DNA of 52,877 bases, taken from the NCBI GenBank assembly GCA_019358915.1, contig JAHHIM010000031.1:1-52877 (forward strand), given 5' to 3'. Origin of the DNA: Trichormus sp. ATA11-4-KO1 (GTDB taxonomy: Bacteria; Cyanobacteriota; Cyanobacteriia; Cyanobacteriales; Nostocaceae). Below are positions 11,025-21,256 of this stretch, piece after piece (position 1 is the first letter of the stretch; every line of letters begins with the position of its first letter). Below the pieces are notes generated by a model that saw only the letters and a list, made by a program, of their open reading frames with translations, was not told the origin of the DNA and did not search any database. The position numbers and the translations under genes were made by a program.

Positions 11025-11339
11025 ATGAGGCATCCTCGCCCATTAACAGAGCGAGAAATTACCCTCATCAACTTATACATCAACTGCAAGTTAGAATTTT
11101 CACCCCGTACTTTTTATGCAAAGTGGGATGTAGATTACGAGATGATTGGTAAGATTTGTTCTCGCTCCCCTTCAACCGTAAGGCGTTGGTTCAGAAGAGG
11201 TCGAAATTATCGCTCACCTAGCAAATGTGACTTGCACCATCTCGCGCTGATGGATTTTCTTCTAGAGCATTTTGAAGAAATTCCAAGTGAAATTTTTCAT
11301 CTACTTTGTTGCCCAAGTCAAGGCTCACAATACACATAA
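11025..11339 (+). CDS. Small hypothetical protein with HTH-like segment
   Basis: GAGGAG RBS; YEMIGKICSRSPSTVRRWF HTH-like motif. Confidence 0.7.
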   Translation: MRHPRPLTEREITLINLYINCKLEFSPRTFYAKWDVDYEMIGKICSRSPSTVRRWFRRGRNYRSPSKCDLHHLALMDFLLEHFEEIPSEIFHLLCCPSQGSQYT

Positions 11340-11500
11340 TTAGACTTTTGTCAAATAGCCATTGGGCCCTTTTTAGCGGCTCTTTTTGGCATAGGGTAAT
11401 CAAATCTCACTCGGCTCTAACCCTATCAGCTAATTAACCAGGAAATTAGCTCGATAACAAATTTTGTTAACTGTACCAACAAAACACAACAGGAGAATGC

Positions 11501-11710
11501 ATGAATTATCAAAGTACCTTTTCTCAAGAATCGAGAGAAACATTGCACCGCCCTTGGATAATTGTAAGTGTTTTACCAAGCACCAAAACACATACAATTG
11601 CCCGTTTTTTCAACCGCCAAGATGCTGATGATCATCTTAACTTTTTACGTCGGTTTGTCCCTAAAGGCGTGTTTGCAATTATCTTTGAGCCGCTAGAAAA
11701 GGAATTCTAG
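11501..11710 (+). CDS. Small hypothetical cyanobacterial protein
   Basis: AGGAG RBS; PWII..LP..IARF..R.DA..HL..LRR pattern. Confidence 0.65.
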   Translation: MNYQSTFSQESRETLHRPWIIVSVLPSTKTHTIARFFNRQDADDHLNFLRRFVPKGVFAIIFEPLEKEF

Positions 11711-11798
11711 GATGATAATACTTGAAATTTAAACTTAACATAAACCAGGATATATTGATTGCTCTAAGGTTTATATCCTGGGTTGAGAAAAAATAACG

Positions 11799-11924
11799 GG
11801 CGTTGCTGAGTCGGAATATGAGATTGGGATTGTTCGATATAACTAGACAACAATCTTTTGCGCCTTTGCGTGTTAGCAAAGCGGGGCGTAGCCCGGCTAA
11901 TTCATACTTTCAATCAACAACGCT
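11799..11924. mobile_element. MITE (IS1/IS1595-like ends) with 8-bp target duplication
   Basis: TIR GGCGTTGCTGA...TATGA / TCATA...TCAACAACGCT; flanks AAATAACG / AAATAATG. Confidence 0.6.
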
Positions 11925-11953
11925 AAATAATGTATTAACAAAGGCTGTCAGAA

Positions 11954-12631
11954 CTATTGGCATCCTTCGATAAAATCAATGACTTGGTGTAAGAATCCTG
12001 GTTTGGTGACAATCAACACCGTTGAACCAGGCTCTACTACTGTGCTGCCGTTAGGAATGATTAAATCTGTATGGGGATGGGATTGATAACCAATAATTAA
12101 AGAGCCACTGGGAAACAGAGGATTTTGAGCAATTTCTGCTACACTCCGACCGACAACATAGCAATTGTTGGGGATGACCATTTTCAGAACCTCAATCTGC
12201 CCTTGCTCAAAATGCATCATTGATTCTACTTGCGGATACTCAATGGCATTCACCATTGTGGAAACCGCTAGTTCGACAGTACTGATAATATGGGTAGCTC
12301 CAGCTAAACGTAGTGGTTCAGTAAAATCACGGTGACGCATCCGTGCCAGAATGTGAGAGACACCATAATGTTTCGCCAGAGTCACCATTGCTAAGTTCAA
12401 GGCATCACTTCTGAGAACAGCTGCTAAGGCATCGGCTTTGCGAATCCCAGCTTCCAGTAAGGTTTCTGTACTCACAGCGCTGCCTTCAAAAGCCATTGCT
12501 CCCACTTGTTCACGGGCATAGTGGCAAGCATTAGGATCATTGTCAATAACGGATACAGTGTGCCCAAGTTCTACGAGTTTTTGCGCCAAACTTAGCCCCA
12601 CTAAGCCGGCTCCACCTATTAGCACGTACAT
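11954..12631 (-). CDS. TrkA-family K+ transport regulatory protein (RCK_N + RCK_C)
   Basis: Rossmann motif IGGAGLVG, EAGIRKAD, C-terminal IIPNGSTVVEPG. Confidence 0.85.
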   Translation of the reverse strand: MYVLIGGAGLVGLSLAQKLVELGHTVSVIDNDPNACHYAREQVGAMAFEGSAVSTETLLEAGIRKADALAAVLRSDALNLAMVTLAKHYGVSHILARMRHRDFTEPLRLAGATHIISTVELAVSTMVNAIEYPQVESMMHFEQGQIEVLKMVIPNNCYVVGRSVAEIAQNPLFPSGSLIIGYQSHPHTDLIIPNGSTVVEPGSTVLIVTKPGFLHQVIDFIEGCQ

Positions 12632-12761
12632 GGTTGTTCTCTGATAGTTTTATATGTCCGGGAGTGGGTTTGTCCTCTTGTCTCCTAATCTCCAACACCC
12701 AATCCCTTTGAATTGTATAGTAGCTGTCACATATCTGAGGACATAAACTAATCTTTCCCGC

Positions 12762-15700
12762 CTATACCCTGTCCCCTGTCCCCTGTTTTTTCATGAACTC
12801 CTGAACTTGAGCTGCTACGAGGGGGTGAGTATCTTGTTGTAGTTGGGGTAACAGTTCTAGCAGGACGCGATGTGAAGCTACACTTAGATAGGCGATCGCG
12901 GCTTCCCGCACAAAGCCTGTAGGATGACGTAGTGCGACTAAAATTTCATGAATGCTCAGTCGGATACGGCTAACTTGAGCAAAATGAAAACAACAAGCTA
13001 AGCACCAATCAGAGAGAAAGTGACTCAATGTCAGCAGTCGGCGAATGCGATCGCTAACTGGCATTTGTTGATATTTTCCTAACCCTGCTTCTCCCAAATA
13101 ATGCAGTTTTTCTTGGGGCGATCGCCTATCTAAAATATTCAACAATAGGGATTTTGTGGGCAAATTAATCGTATGGTCTAAAATTTCTAGCCCCTGGGCT
13201 AAGTTTACCCCCGACTGCGATCGGAGATTGAATGCGGCTGCCTGCATTTTTTCTGGCGAGTAAAGTAGCCTCAGTAGTAACAGCAATCGCTCTTTGACAT
13301 CTATTTCTAATTCTCGCAGTGAGCGTTGCAGTAAGTTGCCAATCACCAAAATTCTATTTGAGTGATGATTTTCTAAAATCTCTGGTTGTTGGAAGTCTAT
13401 ATAAGCAGAGTAAATCTCACCTAAAAATTTTAATTCCTGGTCAATTAAATTTTCTACCCTACTGTGATGAGACCTATCTATACTGGTGATTTCGGGTTGT
13501 TTATTAATTTTTAATAAGCTGCGAAGAATATAATATCTGGTAGCTCCCCAAGATGTCTCCAAATGCAGCCATAAAGTTTCCATTGCTTCTAGAGTGGAAA
13601 TTTGCGCAATGGTGCGCCAAGCATACATGCGGACTATTTCTGGTTTATAAGTATTGGTAGCCAGCTGCAACAGCATTTCTAGAGATTCATTCTCTAGTTT
13701 GATTAAGGCCCGCATGGCGGTACTGCGGGTTGATTTATAGTAAAGTGCCCCCAGTAATGCTGAATAATATTCTTCTAAATGAGTTGCTGCAATCATTTCC
13801 AAAACAGCACAGCGTACCCGTAAAGATTCATCCTGCAACAAATTGGGGATGTGAATCCGCAACGCTTGTAAATAAACGGCTTCCCTTAGCGCTCTCACCC
13901 CATTCACCCGTTCTCGTTCTTGCTTATGAGTTAACATCCGGCGCATAGTTTTGGTGGCTGCGACCTTTTGCAGGGGTGTTCCCTGACGTAAAATGAGGGC
14001 AGCAGCTGTGGCGCGGATTAGTGAATGATGTCGCGGTTGTAGGTACTCTTCTAATAAGCTTAAATTGGGGTTGGCTTCAGCTAGCCAAACGTAACGCAAA
14101 GCCAAGGCAAAAACTTCGGGATCAACTGTTCCTTGGGGCTTTTCTAACAAAGAGCGGACTTCTAGCGCATCCAGAGGATTTGCATCTCCCATCAGCATCA
14201 CCTCCAAACTTTGGCGCTGCAAGTCTGGGGGTAATTTGACTAACAGAGGGGCTAATACTTGTGCGGCCCCTTGGGGATCAATTTGTGCTAAAAGTTCAAT
14301 GCAAGAGCTTTTATCTGCCGCGTTGCCTTTTTCGGATAAAGCTTTGACTACACCTTGTTTGAAGAAACGCAAACCAACATTGGCTGCACTCAATTCTCCC
14401 CGTTCAGCACTCAATACCAGCAAGTCAACATAACGCGATCGCAGTACCCAAACTACTTTTAAACAAGCCGCAGCTACTAAAACTGTTTCTGCTACTAATA
14501 CCCATTTTTGTAGTGGTAGGGGAACAAAACGCCCACAAAAAAACACAGTCAAAATAATGATTAAACCTGCCAAACCTGTGGCGATCGCTTCGGCTGTACC
14601 TCCAGATAATGTCTGCGTCCGGCTGCGAATACGTTCGGGAATTGGTTGATACAGCACTGGCCCGCTACTAACAACAAAGGTGTAGCGTAACAGTTCATCA
14701 CAAAATTTTAGCCCGACTAATCCCCAGAAGAAGCCTTGAGCTTGTAATGCTGGGACTAAGTTGAGTAAAGCGATCGCTCCTGGTAAAACAAAGCCTACAG
14801 CTATGGGTAGCAGTGCAGCCGTGAAAAATACGCCAAAGCGTTCTATGAGTCGGCTGGAGATAAACCACTGAGTCATTAACTCACACAGTCCCACAATGCC
14901 AGCAAATAAACCCAAGAAGCTAGCCAAGTCTCGGCTGTTTAAACTGAGGTTTAGCTCGCGCAGGTATTGAAAATCTACTAACAAGCCAATGACTTGCAAC
15001 AAGCCAACAAAGGCGAATAATTGCCACGTGTAGCGCCTCAGGGGAGCTTGCAGGCGGCGATGTCGGGAGGCTTGTTCGTGGGGAATCAGTTTTTGAGGAG
15101 CATCGGGAAAGGCTGCGCGATAATGATTACTTAAGTAGGAGAGGATACCTGCTCCTAAGATAATGAATGCACAGGCAATCAGGATCACTTGTTCTAATTT
15201 GATGAATTGCAGCATCCAAGGCAAACTAAAGCCGCTAATTACATCTGCTACTAATAGACCACTGCTGACTAAGGGATAAGTGCGTTTAATTTCTCGGATG
15301 TTAAATAGTTGGTTGGCAACGATGGAAGTATTGAGGTCGTTGATCACATAAAGAGCATCTACCCACAGCCGCAGCAGAAATACCAAAACCACTGTCAGGT
15401 AGGAAATATGTATTTCCCCACGCAATGAGACTATTAAGATTATGGGCAAGACCATGCAAGGTGCGATCGCCACAATCACCCAACGCAAAGGGAAAATCTT
15501 TTGCAGCCAAGAATATACAAAAACCAGTCCTACACCCATCACGGCACTAGCAATATACATCCAAGGCAGGGGACCAGCCCCATATTCGTCCAAAAACAGT
15601 GCTACTGTACTATCTTCTGCCCATCGCAATCCTACAGATACAGTTGTATAAAAAGCGAACATCATCCAAGTCCGTTCGCCTTCTTCTGGTCGCAAATTCA

Positions 15701-15764
15701 CCCACTGTAACAGTCGCGCCAGAACACTCCTATTGGTCGCAAACGAGAGATTTTTTAGTTCCAT
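12762..15764 (-). CDS. MFS/Npt-like (TLC) membrane transporter fused to HEAT repeats
   Basis: NLRPEEGER, multiple TM segments, FNIREIKRTYP, helical HEAT-like C-terminal half; start MELKNL. Confidence 0.8.
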   Translation of the reverse strand: MELKNLSFATNRSVLARLLQWVNLRPEEGERTWMMFAFYTTVSVGLRWAEDSTVALFLDEYGAGPLPWMYIASAVMGVGLVFVYSWLQKIFPLRWVIVAIAPCMVLPIILIVSLRGEIHISYLTVVLVFLLRLWVDALYVINDLNTSIVANQLFNIREIKRTYPLVSSGLLVADVISGFSLPWMLQFIKLEQVILIACAFIILGAGILSYLSNHYRAAFPDAPQKLIPHEQASRHRRLQAPLRRYTWQLFAFVGLLQVIGLLVDFQYLRELNLSLNSRDLASFLGLFAGIVGLCELMTQWFISSRLIERFGVFFTAALLPIAVGFVLPGAIALLNLVPALQAQGFFWGLVGLKFCDELLRYTFVVSSGPVLYQPIPERIRSRTQTLSGGTAEAIATGLAGLIIILTVFFCGRFVPLPLQKWVLVAETVLVAAACLKVVWVLRSRYVDLLVLSAERGELSAANVGLRFFKQGVVKALSEKGNAADKSSCIELLAQIDPQGAAQVLAPLLVKLPPDLQRQSLEVMLMGDANPLDALEVRSLLEKPQGTVDPEVFALALRYVWLAEANPNLSLLEEYLQPRHHSLIRATAAALILRQGTPLQKVAATKTMRRMLTHKQERERVNGVRALREAVYLQALRIHIPNLLQDESLRVRCAVLEMIAATHLEEYYSALLGALYYKSTRSTAMRALIKLENESLEMLLQLATNTYKPEIVRMYAWRTIAQISTLEAMETLWLHLETSWGATRYYILRSLLKINKQPEITSIDRSHHSRVENLIDQELKFLGEIYSAYIDFQQPEILENHHSNRILVIGNLLQRSLRELEIDVKERLLLLLRLLYSPEKMQAAAFNLRSQSGVNLAQGLEILDHTINLPTKSLLLNILDRRSPQEKLHYLGEAGLGKYQQMPVSDRIRRLLTLSHFLSDWCLACCFHFAQVSRIRLSIHEILVALRHPTGFVREAAIAYLSVASHRVLLELLPQLQQDTHPLVAAQVQEFMKKQGTGDRV

Positions 15765-15957
15765 GCACCGCAAGTAGACAGAATAGAAGTTGCTCAGTAA
15801 CAAGCGAAATTAAGAGCAGGGGTATCATTCCTTCTCATCCCGTCCCAAAAATGGCAAAAGTCCCAAGCAACTGAGTATTATCTTTCCCACTCAGCGCTCA
15901 GGACTATCAATTTTCGATAAATTTTAACGATACTTGGTCTTGAGAAAACTTGGAAGG

Positions 15958-16491
15958 TTACTTCTTAGGTGAAATCAGCATCATCATGTTTCTACCTTCT
16001 TTTTTGGGCGCTTGCTGCACTTCACCAAACGGCTCCAAATCTGTTGCCATGCGCTTGAGCAAGTGCTCCGCTAAGTCACTGTGTTGAATTTCCCGACCCC
16101 GGAACATCACAGTTGCTTTGACTTTATCACCATCTTTGAGGAAGCGCTCTGCTTGCTTAACACGCACGTTGTAGTCGTGTTCTTCTATCTTGTAGCGCAT
16201 CTTCACTTCTTTAACATCAGCCGTGTGCTGCTTTTTCCGGGCTTCCCGCGCCTTCTTCTCCTGCTCAAACTTGTACTTCCCGTAATCCATAATCCGACAA
16301 ACCGGGGGATCAGCCTTGTCGCTCAGCAGTACTAAATCTAGCTCTTTTTCTTCAGCTAGTTGTAGTGCTTCATGTGGAGGCATAATTCCCAACTGCGCGC
16401 CATCAGTATCGATGACTCGAATTTTCGGGAAGCGGATGCGTTCGTTGATTTGGGGCAGATCGCGAGTTCGTTTTTTCTCAATCACAGGCAT
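15958..16491 (-). CDS. infC: Translation initiation factor IF-3
   Basis: [33 protein letters not shown]. Confidence 0.97.
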   Translation of the reverse strand: MPVIEKKRTRDLPQINERIRFPKIRVIDTDGAQLGIMPPHEALQLAEEKELDLVLLSDKADPPVCRIMDYGKYKFEQEKKAREARKKQHTADVKEVKMRYKIEEHDYNVRVKQAERFLKDGDKVKATVMFRGREIQHSDLAEHLLKRMATDLEPFGEVQQAPKKEGRNMMMLISPKK

Positions 16492-16789
16492 TATGATTTG
16501 TGGCAGCTCTCTAGTTGTTAAGAATTTGGTTTGGTCTTGGTTGGCTTGGTCTTGATTGGTGTGCCTCAGAAGTACAATACTTAAAATAACTGAGGACTTA
16601 AATTTGAGTTTATATCTCTAGGATAACTAATCCATAAAGTATTAGTTATCTCGTTGTATTTGTTATTCTACTCACTCTGAGAGAATTTCTCTGCAATAGT
16701 TAATGTAAATTACATAACTAAAGAAATGTTAAGTTTAATTACAATTAAACATATTTTTGATAAATTATGCTACGAAAGCGCTTTTAGCA

Positions 16790-16830
16790 GCACCAGGCAA
16801 CTAGAAGTCGCGGCTATACAGGCAAAACCC
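16790..16830 (+). repeat. Half of a REP/MITE-like element; inverted copy at 21632-21671
   Basis: GCACCAGGCAACTAGAAGTCGCGGCTATACAGGCAAAACCC vs reverse complement of 21632-21671, GCACCAAGCGACTGAAGTCGCGGCTACACGAACAAAACCC. Confidence 0.65.
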
Positions 16831-16843
16831 TTCATTGTCTTAG

Positions 16844-17019
16844 CCATTTTCTGTCACTTTGGGAGAACCCAATCCTTGAAAGCCTTTCGGTGCTTTAGTT
16901 TCCACTTTGAAGCTAAAAATTTTAGTTACTGTTAGAAAATAAAATTTTTAGCCAAAAACTGAAAAGTCAAGCTTTCAAGGGCTTTCAGGCATTGGCTTTT
17001 CCAAAGTGACAGAACAGGG
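16844..17019. mobile_element. 176-bp MITE with about 80-bp imperfect inverted arms (IS701-like ends)
   Basis: CCATTTTCTGTCACTTTGG... / ...CCAAAGTGACAGAACAGGG; flanks TTAG and ATAG. Confidence 0.7.
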
Positions 17020-17023
17020 ATAG

Positions 17024-17206
17024 ATATCGCCTTTTCCACAGCTTTAGTAACCGTGGAAGTATCATTCTGTGGCTGCTTGTTGACCATCACCACAATTGCT
17101 GGCTGACCATTCAAACTGCCATCGCCACGTTTTTTTGCTAGTTCAACAGATGATTGAGCCGTTTTGAGTTTAGCCTCAGCCTCGATCACATCGCAGCGAC
17201 TGTTAT
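17024..17206 (-). pseudogene. Fused relic of an RND periplasmic adaptor (CusB/CopB-like) and a CusA/CzcA permease
   Basis: SRCDVIEAEAKLKTAQSSVELAK joined at an A-run to KRGDGSLNGQPAIVVMVNKQPQNDTSTVTKAVEKA. Confidence 0.7.
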
Positions 17207-17212
17207 TTGAGA

Positions 17213-17944
17213 CTACTGGTTATACCAAGCTTTGCGCCACTGTTTCATTTGGTTAATCTCTGTGTCTTGCGCTTTGATAATTTCTTGAGCCAAGTTTTTA
17301 ATTTCAGGACGCTGAGACTTTTGCAAGGCATCTTTCGCCATAACTACAGCTGATTCATGGTGCGGAATCATTGCGTTAATAAAACGCAGGTCAAATTCTG
17401 TATCAGCTGCACCCAAGTCCATGTTCATCATCATGGCTTGCATTTGCTCAGAAGACATCTCCATCATGTGACCCATTTTGGCATCATAAGCCATTGGTTT
17501 ATCTCCCGCTTTGGGATACCAAGCTGTACGCCATTGTTTCATCTGCGTAATTTCTTGGTTTTGTGCTTTAATAATTTCGTCTGCTAGGTTTTTGATTTCA
17601 GGGCGTTGCGATTTCTGCTGTGCTTCCTTGGCCATTACCGTTGCCCCCTGATGGTGCGGAATCATCGCATCTATAAAGCGTAAATCATAGTTAGCATCGG
17701 CTGGGCCTAAATCCATTGCCATGCTGTGGTTCATACCGCTACCATGATTCATCATACCGTCATGGTTCATGGGTTGCTTATCACCAGTATCGGTAGCGGT
17801 GGTAGTAGGGTTTGGTGTTTGACTTTGGCTTTGGGAAGTGGGTGTGGAACAGGCTGTCAACACGCTGCTGGAAAAAGAGGCGATCGCTACCAAAGTCAAT
17901 GACAAAAAGCTATTTTTCAGAGTAGAAAGTTGCATAGGGTTCAT
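17213..17944 (-). CDS. copM: DUF305 Met/His-rich lipoprotein, CopM-like copper-binding protein
   Basis: Lipobox LTAC; two repeats of DLRFI(D/N)AMIPHH...EIIKAQ..EI.QMKQWR.AWY. Confidence 0.85.
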   Translation of the reverse strand: MNPMQLSTLKNSFLSLTLVAIASFSSSVLTACSTPTSQSQSQTPNPTTTATDTGDKQPMNHDGMMNHGSGMNHSMAMDLGPADANYDLRFIDAMIPHHQGATVMAKEAQQKSQRPEIKNLADEIIKAQNQEITQMKQWRTAWYPKAGDKPMAYDAKMGHMMEMSSEQMQAMMMNMDLGAADTEFDLRFINAMIPHHESAVVMAKDALQKSQRPEIKNLAQEIIKAQDTEINQMKQWRKAWYNQ

Positions 17945-17963
17945 CTAAATATTTCCTGATTGC

Positions 17964-17995
17964 ATTTTCAAATATCCAGTTGGCTGGAGAGTCAA
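17964..17995 (-). promoter_or_regulatory. MerR/CueR-type promoter of copM
   Basis: TTGACT-CTCCAGCCAACTGGATATTT (20 nt)-GAAAAT, with a dyad in the spacer. Confidence 0.65.
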
Positions 17996-18097
17996 CCCCT
18001 TGGGTTATTTATCTTTGGCTTGGGTAATAAAATTGCCCAGATAACTAGTTATTCACAAAGCGACTGTTGCACTTACTACATAGTTTGACAGTCAAAA

Positions 18098-18175
18098 ATG
18101 AAATTAGGATGAAATCAGGGTTCGTGCTAGTAGTACAGATATACGAGTGCATATCAACATGAAATCTGCATGAAA
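18098..18175 (-). promoter_or_regulatory. Two CopR-type boxes (TTTCAT-N5-TTTCAT)
   Basis: ATGAAA-TTAGG-ATGAAA (18098-18114) and ATGAAA-TCTGC-ATGAAA (18159-18175) on the + strand. Confidence 0.7.
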
Positions 18176-18307
18176 TCCCTATACCTCAGTAGCTAGAAAT
18201 ATTTATTACCTCATTGGTATGACGCGATCGCCCTCGCAAATCTTTAAGGTGAGTCTAAAGGCGTTATTGCCTTTGGTAAACCTAAAAAATTTCAAGAGGG
18301 TAAATAC

Positions 18308-18676
18308 ATGGCTATACAAGAACTCACCTTGAGTCAAGTGAACCAGCAGATGCAACAATGTATTCAAAACTGCTTAGACTGCCATAGCATTTGTTTAAAT
18401 ACCGTGACTTACTGCCTACAAAAAGGTGGTCATCACGCCGAACCTACTCATATTCGATTAATGCTTGATTGCGCTGAAATTTGCAATACAAGTGCTAATT
18501 TCATGCTTCGAGCTTCTGACGTACATTCTCGTACCTGCGGCGTTTGTGCTGAACTGTGTCAACGGTGTGCTGATGAGTGCGATCGCATGGGTGACGATGC
18601 TCAAATGAAAGCCTGCGCTCAGATGTGCCGTCGATGCGCGGATTCTTGCCGACAAATGGCAATGGCAACTGCATAA
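18308..18676 (+). CDS. Four-helix-bundle Cys-rich copper storage protein (DUF326/Csp-like)
   Basis: Repeated CxxxCxxC motifs, LDCAEIC, CA..CRRCA.SC. Confidence 0.9.
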   Translation: MAIQELTLSQVNQQMQQCIQNCLDCHSICLNTVTYCLQKGGHHAEPTHIRLMLDCAEICNTSANFMLRASDVHSRTCGVCAELCQRCADECDRMGDDAQMKACAQMCRRCADSCRQMAMATA

Positions 18677-18902
18677 GTTATCGTAAAAGCTAGCTGGCTG
18701 CCGTGTAGTATTTGCCGCCAACTGTGCTTAAAAATGCGGCAGTCAGCAAAGATAACCTTAGCACTGCAAACAGTAACTTCAGACTGACGCTGCTGGTATT
18801 GATAGCAATTTTATCGCATATTCACCATCTAAATCTCTAAGTGTAAGCACTCACAAAGCTGCATCTAAATATGTGCTTAAAAAAATTCTTCAGCCTGGAC
18901 TC

Positions 18903-18934
18903 TTGACTCTCCAGTGAACTGGAGCATTCAAGAT
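18903..18934 (+). promoter_or_regulatory. MerR/CueR-type promoter of the Cu ATPase
   Basis: TTGACT-CTCCAGTGAACTGGAG-CATT-CAAGAT: 20-nt spacer with a perfect 7-2-7 dyad. Confidence 0.7.
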
Positions 18935-18983
18935 GAAATCAGTTAGATATTAGTTAGCGCCATTTATTAACTGGAGAATTCAG

Positions 18984-21245
18984 ATGGAGAATACCACACT
19001 CAAACTGCGCGGCATGAGTTGTGCCTCTTGTGCCAGCAGCATTGAAGATGCGATTAATTCTGTCCCCGGTGTTAATGAATGTATCGTGAATTTTGGAGCA
19101 GAACAGGCAACAGTTAAATATGACCCTAGAAGAACTGATTTAGAAGCTATTCAAGAAGCGGTAGATGCAGCAGGTTACTCTGCCTACCCACTCCAAGAAC
19201 AAAACCTGATGGCGGGAGAAGATGATGCAGAGAAAAGACATCGCTTAAGAGAATCCCGCGATTTAATGCGAAAGGTGGCAGTAGGAGGCATCATTAGCAC
19301 TGTGTTAGTTATAGGTTCACTGCCTATGATGACAGGGTTGCACTTACCCTTTATCCCAGTATGGCTGCATAATCCTTGGGTACAGTTGATGCTCACTACT
19401 CCAGTACAGTTCTGGTGTGGTTACTCCTTCTACATTAATGGTTGGAAAGCTTTAAAACGTCATGCTGCCACAATGGATACCCTAATCGCTTTAGGTACAA
19501 GTGCAGCGTATTTTTATTCGCTATTTCCTACTTTATTCCCCAGCTTTTTCATCAATCAGGGGTTAACGCCAGATGTGTATTATGAAACTGCGGCTGTCGT
19601 CATTACCCTGATTTTGCTAGGAAGATTATTTGAAAATCGCGCTAAAGGACAAACTTCAGAAGCTATCCGTAAGCTGATTGGGTTACAAGCTAAAACAGCG
19701 CGTTTGATTCGCAATGGACGAGAAGTAGATGTCCCAATTGAAGAAGTACAGATTGGTGATGTGATACTGGTTCGTCCTGGTGAGAAAATTCCCGTTGATG
19801 GCGAAGTAGTTGACGGGACATCGACAATTGATGAAGGGATGGTAACAGGGGAAAGCGTGCCTGTCAAAAAGCAACCAGGCGATGAAGTGATTGGAGCTAC
19901 CATTAACAAAACTGGGAGTTTTAAGTTTCGGGCGACACGAGTCGGCAGTGATACTGTACTGGCACAGATTGTCCAATTAGTACAGCAAGCACAGGGTTCT
20001 AAAGCCCCAATTCAGAGATTAGCAGACCAAGTAACTGGATGGTTTGTACCTGCGGTAATTGCGATCGCTCTGCTCACTTTCATCATTTGGTTTAATTTTA
20101 CTGGCAACGTTACTTTAGCGCTGATCACCACAGTCGGGGTACTAATTATCGCCTGTCCTTGTGCGCTGGGTTTAGCCACACCAACATCTGTGATGGTAGG
20201 AACGGGTAAAGGTGCAGAAAATGGCATTTTGATTAAAGGTGCCGAAAGCCTAGAACTGGCGCACAAAATTCAAACAATTGTGCTGGACAAAACTGGAACT
20301 ATCACTCAGGGTAAACCAACAGTCACCGATTTTGTCACCGTCAACGGTACTGCTAATGGTAACGAAATCAGGTTGGTGCAACTTACGGCATCTGTGGAAC
20401 GCAATTCCGAACATCCATTGGCAGAAGCGGTTGTGAGATACGCCCAATCTCAAGAAGTGACGTTAGCAGATGTCAAGGAGTTTGAAGCAATTACAGGGAG
20501 TGGTGTACAGGGTATAGTTTCTAATTATCTCGTGCAAATTGGTACACAACGCTGGATGGAAGAGTTAGGGATTGACACCCAAGCCTTACAACAAGATAAA
20601 GAACGTTTGGAATATTTGGGCAAAACTGCAATTTGGATTGCGGTTGACGGGCAAATTCAGGGATTGATGGGTATTTCTGATGCTATTAAACCTACATCAA
20701 TACAAGCAATTCGTGCTTTGCAAAAACTGGGTTTAGAGGTGGTGATGCTCACAGGAGATAATCGCCGCACCGCCGAAACCATTGCTCATGAAGTTGGTAT
20801 CAAGCGTGTTTTGGCAGAAGTCCGCCCTGATCAAAAAGCCGCTACAGTGCAGAAACTGCAATCAGAAGGAAAGATTGTGGCAATGGTTGGTGATGGTATC
20901 AATGATGCACCAGCCCTAGCCCAAGCTGATGTGGGAATGGCAATTGGCACTGGGACAGATGTAGCGATCGCCGCTAGTGACATTACGCTCATTTCCGGTG
21001 ACTTGCGAAGCATTGTCACTGCTATTCAACTCAGCCGCGCTACGATTCGTAACATTCGTCAAAACCTATTCTTCGCCTTCATCTACAACGTTGCTGGCAT
21101 TCCGATTGCTGCGGGTATTTTGTTCCCCATCTTCGGTTGGTTACTTAACCCCATCATTGCAGGTGCAGCAATGGCATTTAGTTCGGTTTCAGTGGTTACG
21201 AATGCCCTACGTCTGCGTAAATTTCAAGCTAAAGCAGTAGCATAA
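18984..21245 (+). CDS. Cu(I)-translocating P1B-1 ATPase (PacS/CopA-like)
   Basis: GMSCASC, TGES, CPC, DKTGT, HP, GDGIND, YN and MxxSS motifs. Confidence 0.95.
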   Translation: MENTTLKLRGMSCASCASSIEDAINSVPGVNECIVNFGAEQATVKYDPRRTDLEAIQEAVDAAGYSAYPLQEQNLMAGEDDAEKRHRLRESRDLMRKVAVGGIISTVLVIGSLPMMTGLHLPFIPVWLHNPWVQLMLTTPVQFWCGYSFYINGWKALKRHAATMDTLIALGTSAAYFYSLFPTLFPSFFINQGLTPDVYYETAAVVITLILLGRLFENRAKGQTSEAIRKLIGLQAKTARLIRNGREVDVPIEEVQIGDVILVRPGEKIPVDGEVVDGTSTIDEGMVTGESVPVKKQPGDEVIGATINKTGSFKFRATRVGSDTVLAQIVQLVQQAQGSKAPIQRLADQVTGWFVPAVIAIALLTFIIWFNFTGNVTLALITTVGVLIIACPCALGLATPTSVMVGTGKGAENGILIKGAESLELAHKIQTIVLDKTGTITQGKPTVTDFVTVNGTANGNEIRLVQLTASVERNSEHPLAEAVVRYAQSQEVTLADVKEFEAITGSGVQGIVSNYLVQIGTQRWMEELGIDTQALQQDKERLEYLGKTAIWIAVDGQIQGLMGISDAIKPTSIQAIRALQKLGLEVVMLTGDNRRTAETIAHEVGIKRVLAEVRPDQKAATVQKLQSEGKIVAMVGDGINDAPALAQADVGMAIGTGTDVAIAASDITLISGDLRSIVTAIQLSRATIRNIRQNLFFAFIYNVAGIPIAAGILFPIFGWLLNPIIAGAAMAFSSVSVVTNALRLRKFQAKAVA

Positions 21246-21256
21246 GGAGGTAGCAA

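Noticed and set aside
16726..16935. 69-aa + strand ORF and the C-terminal part of the 85-aa minus ORF
   Set aside because: They read through repeat and MITE DNA; no protein-like features.
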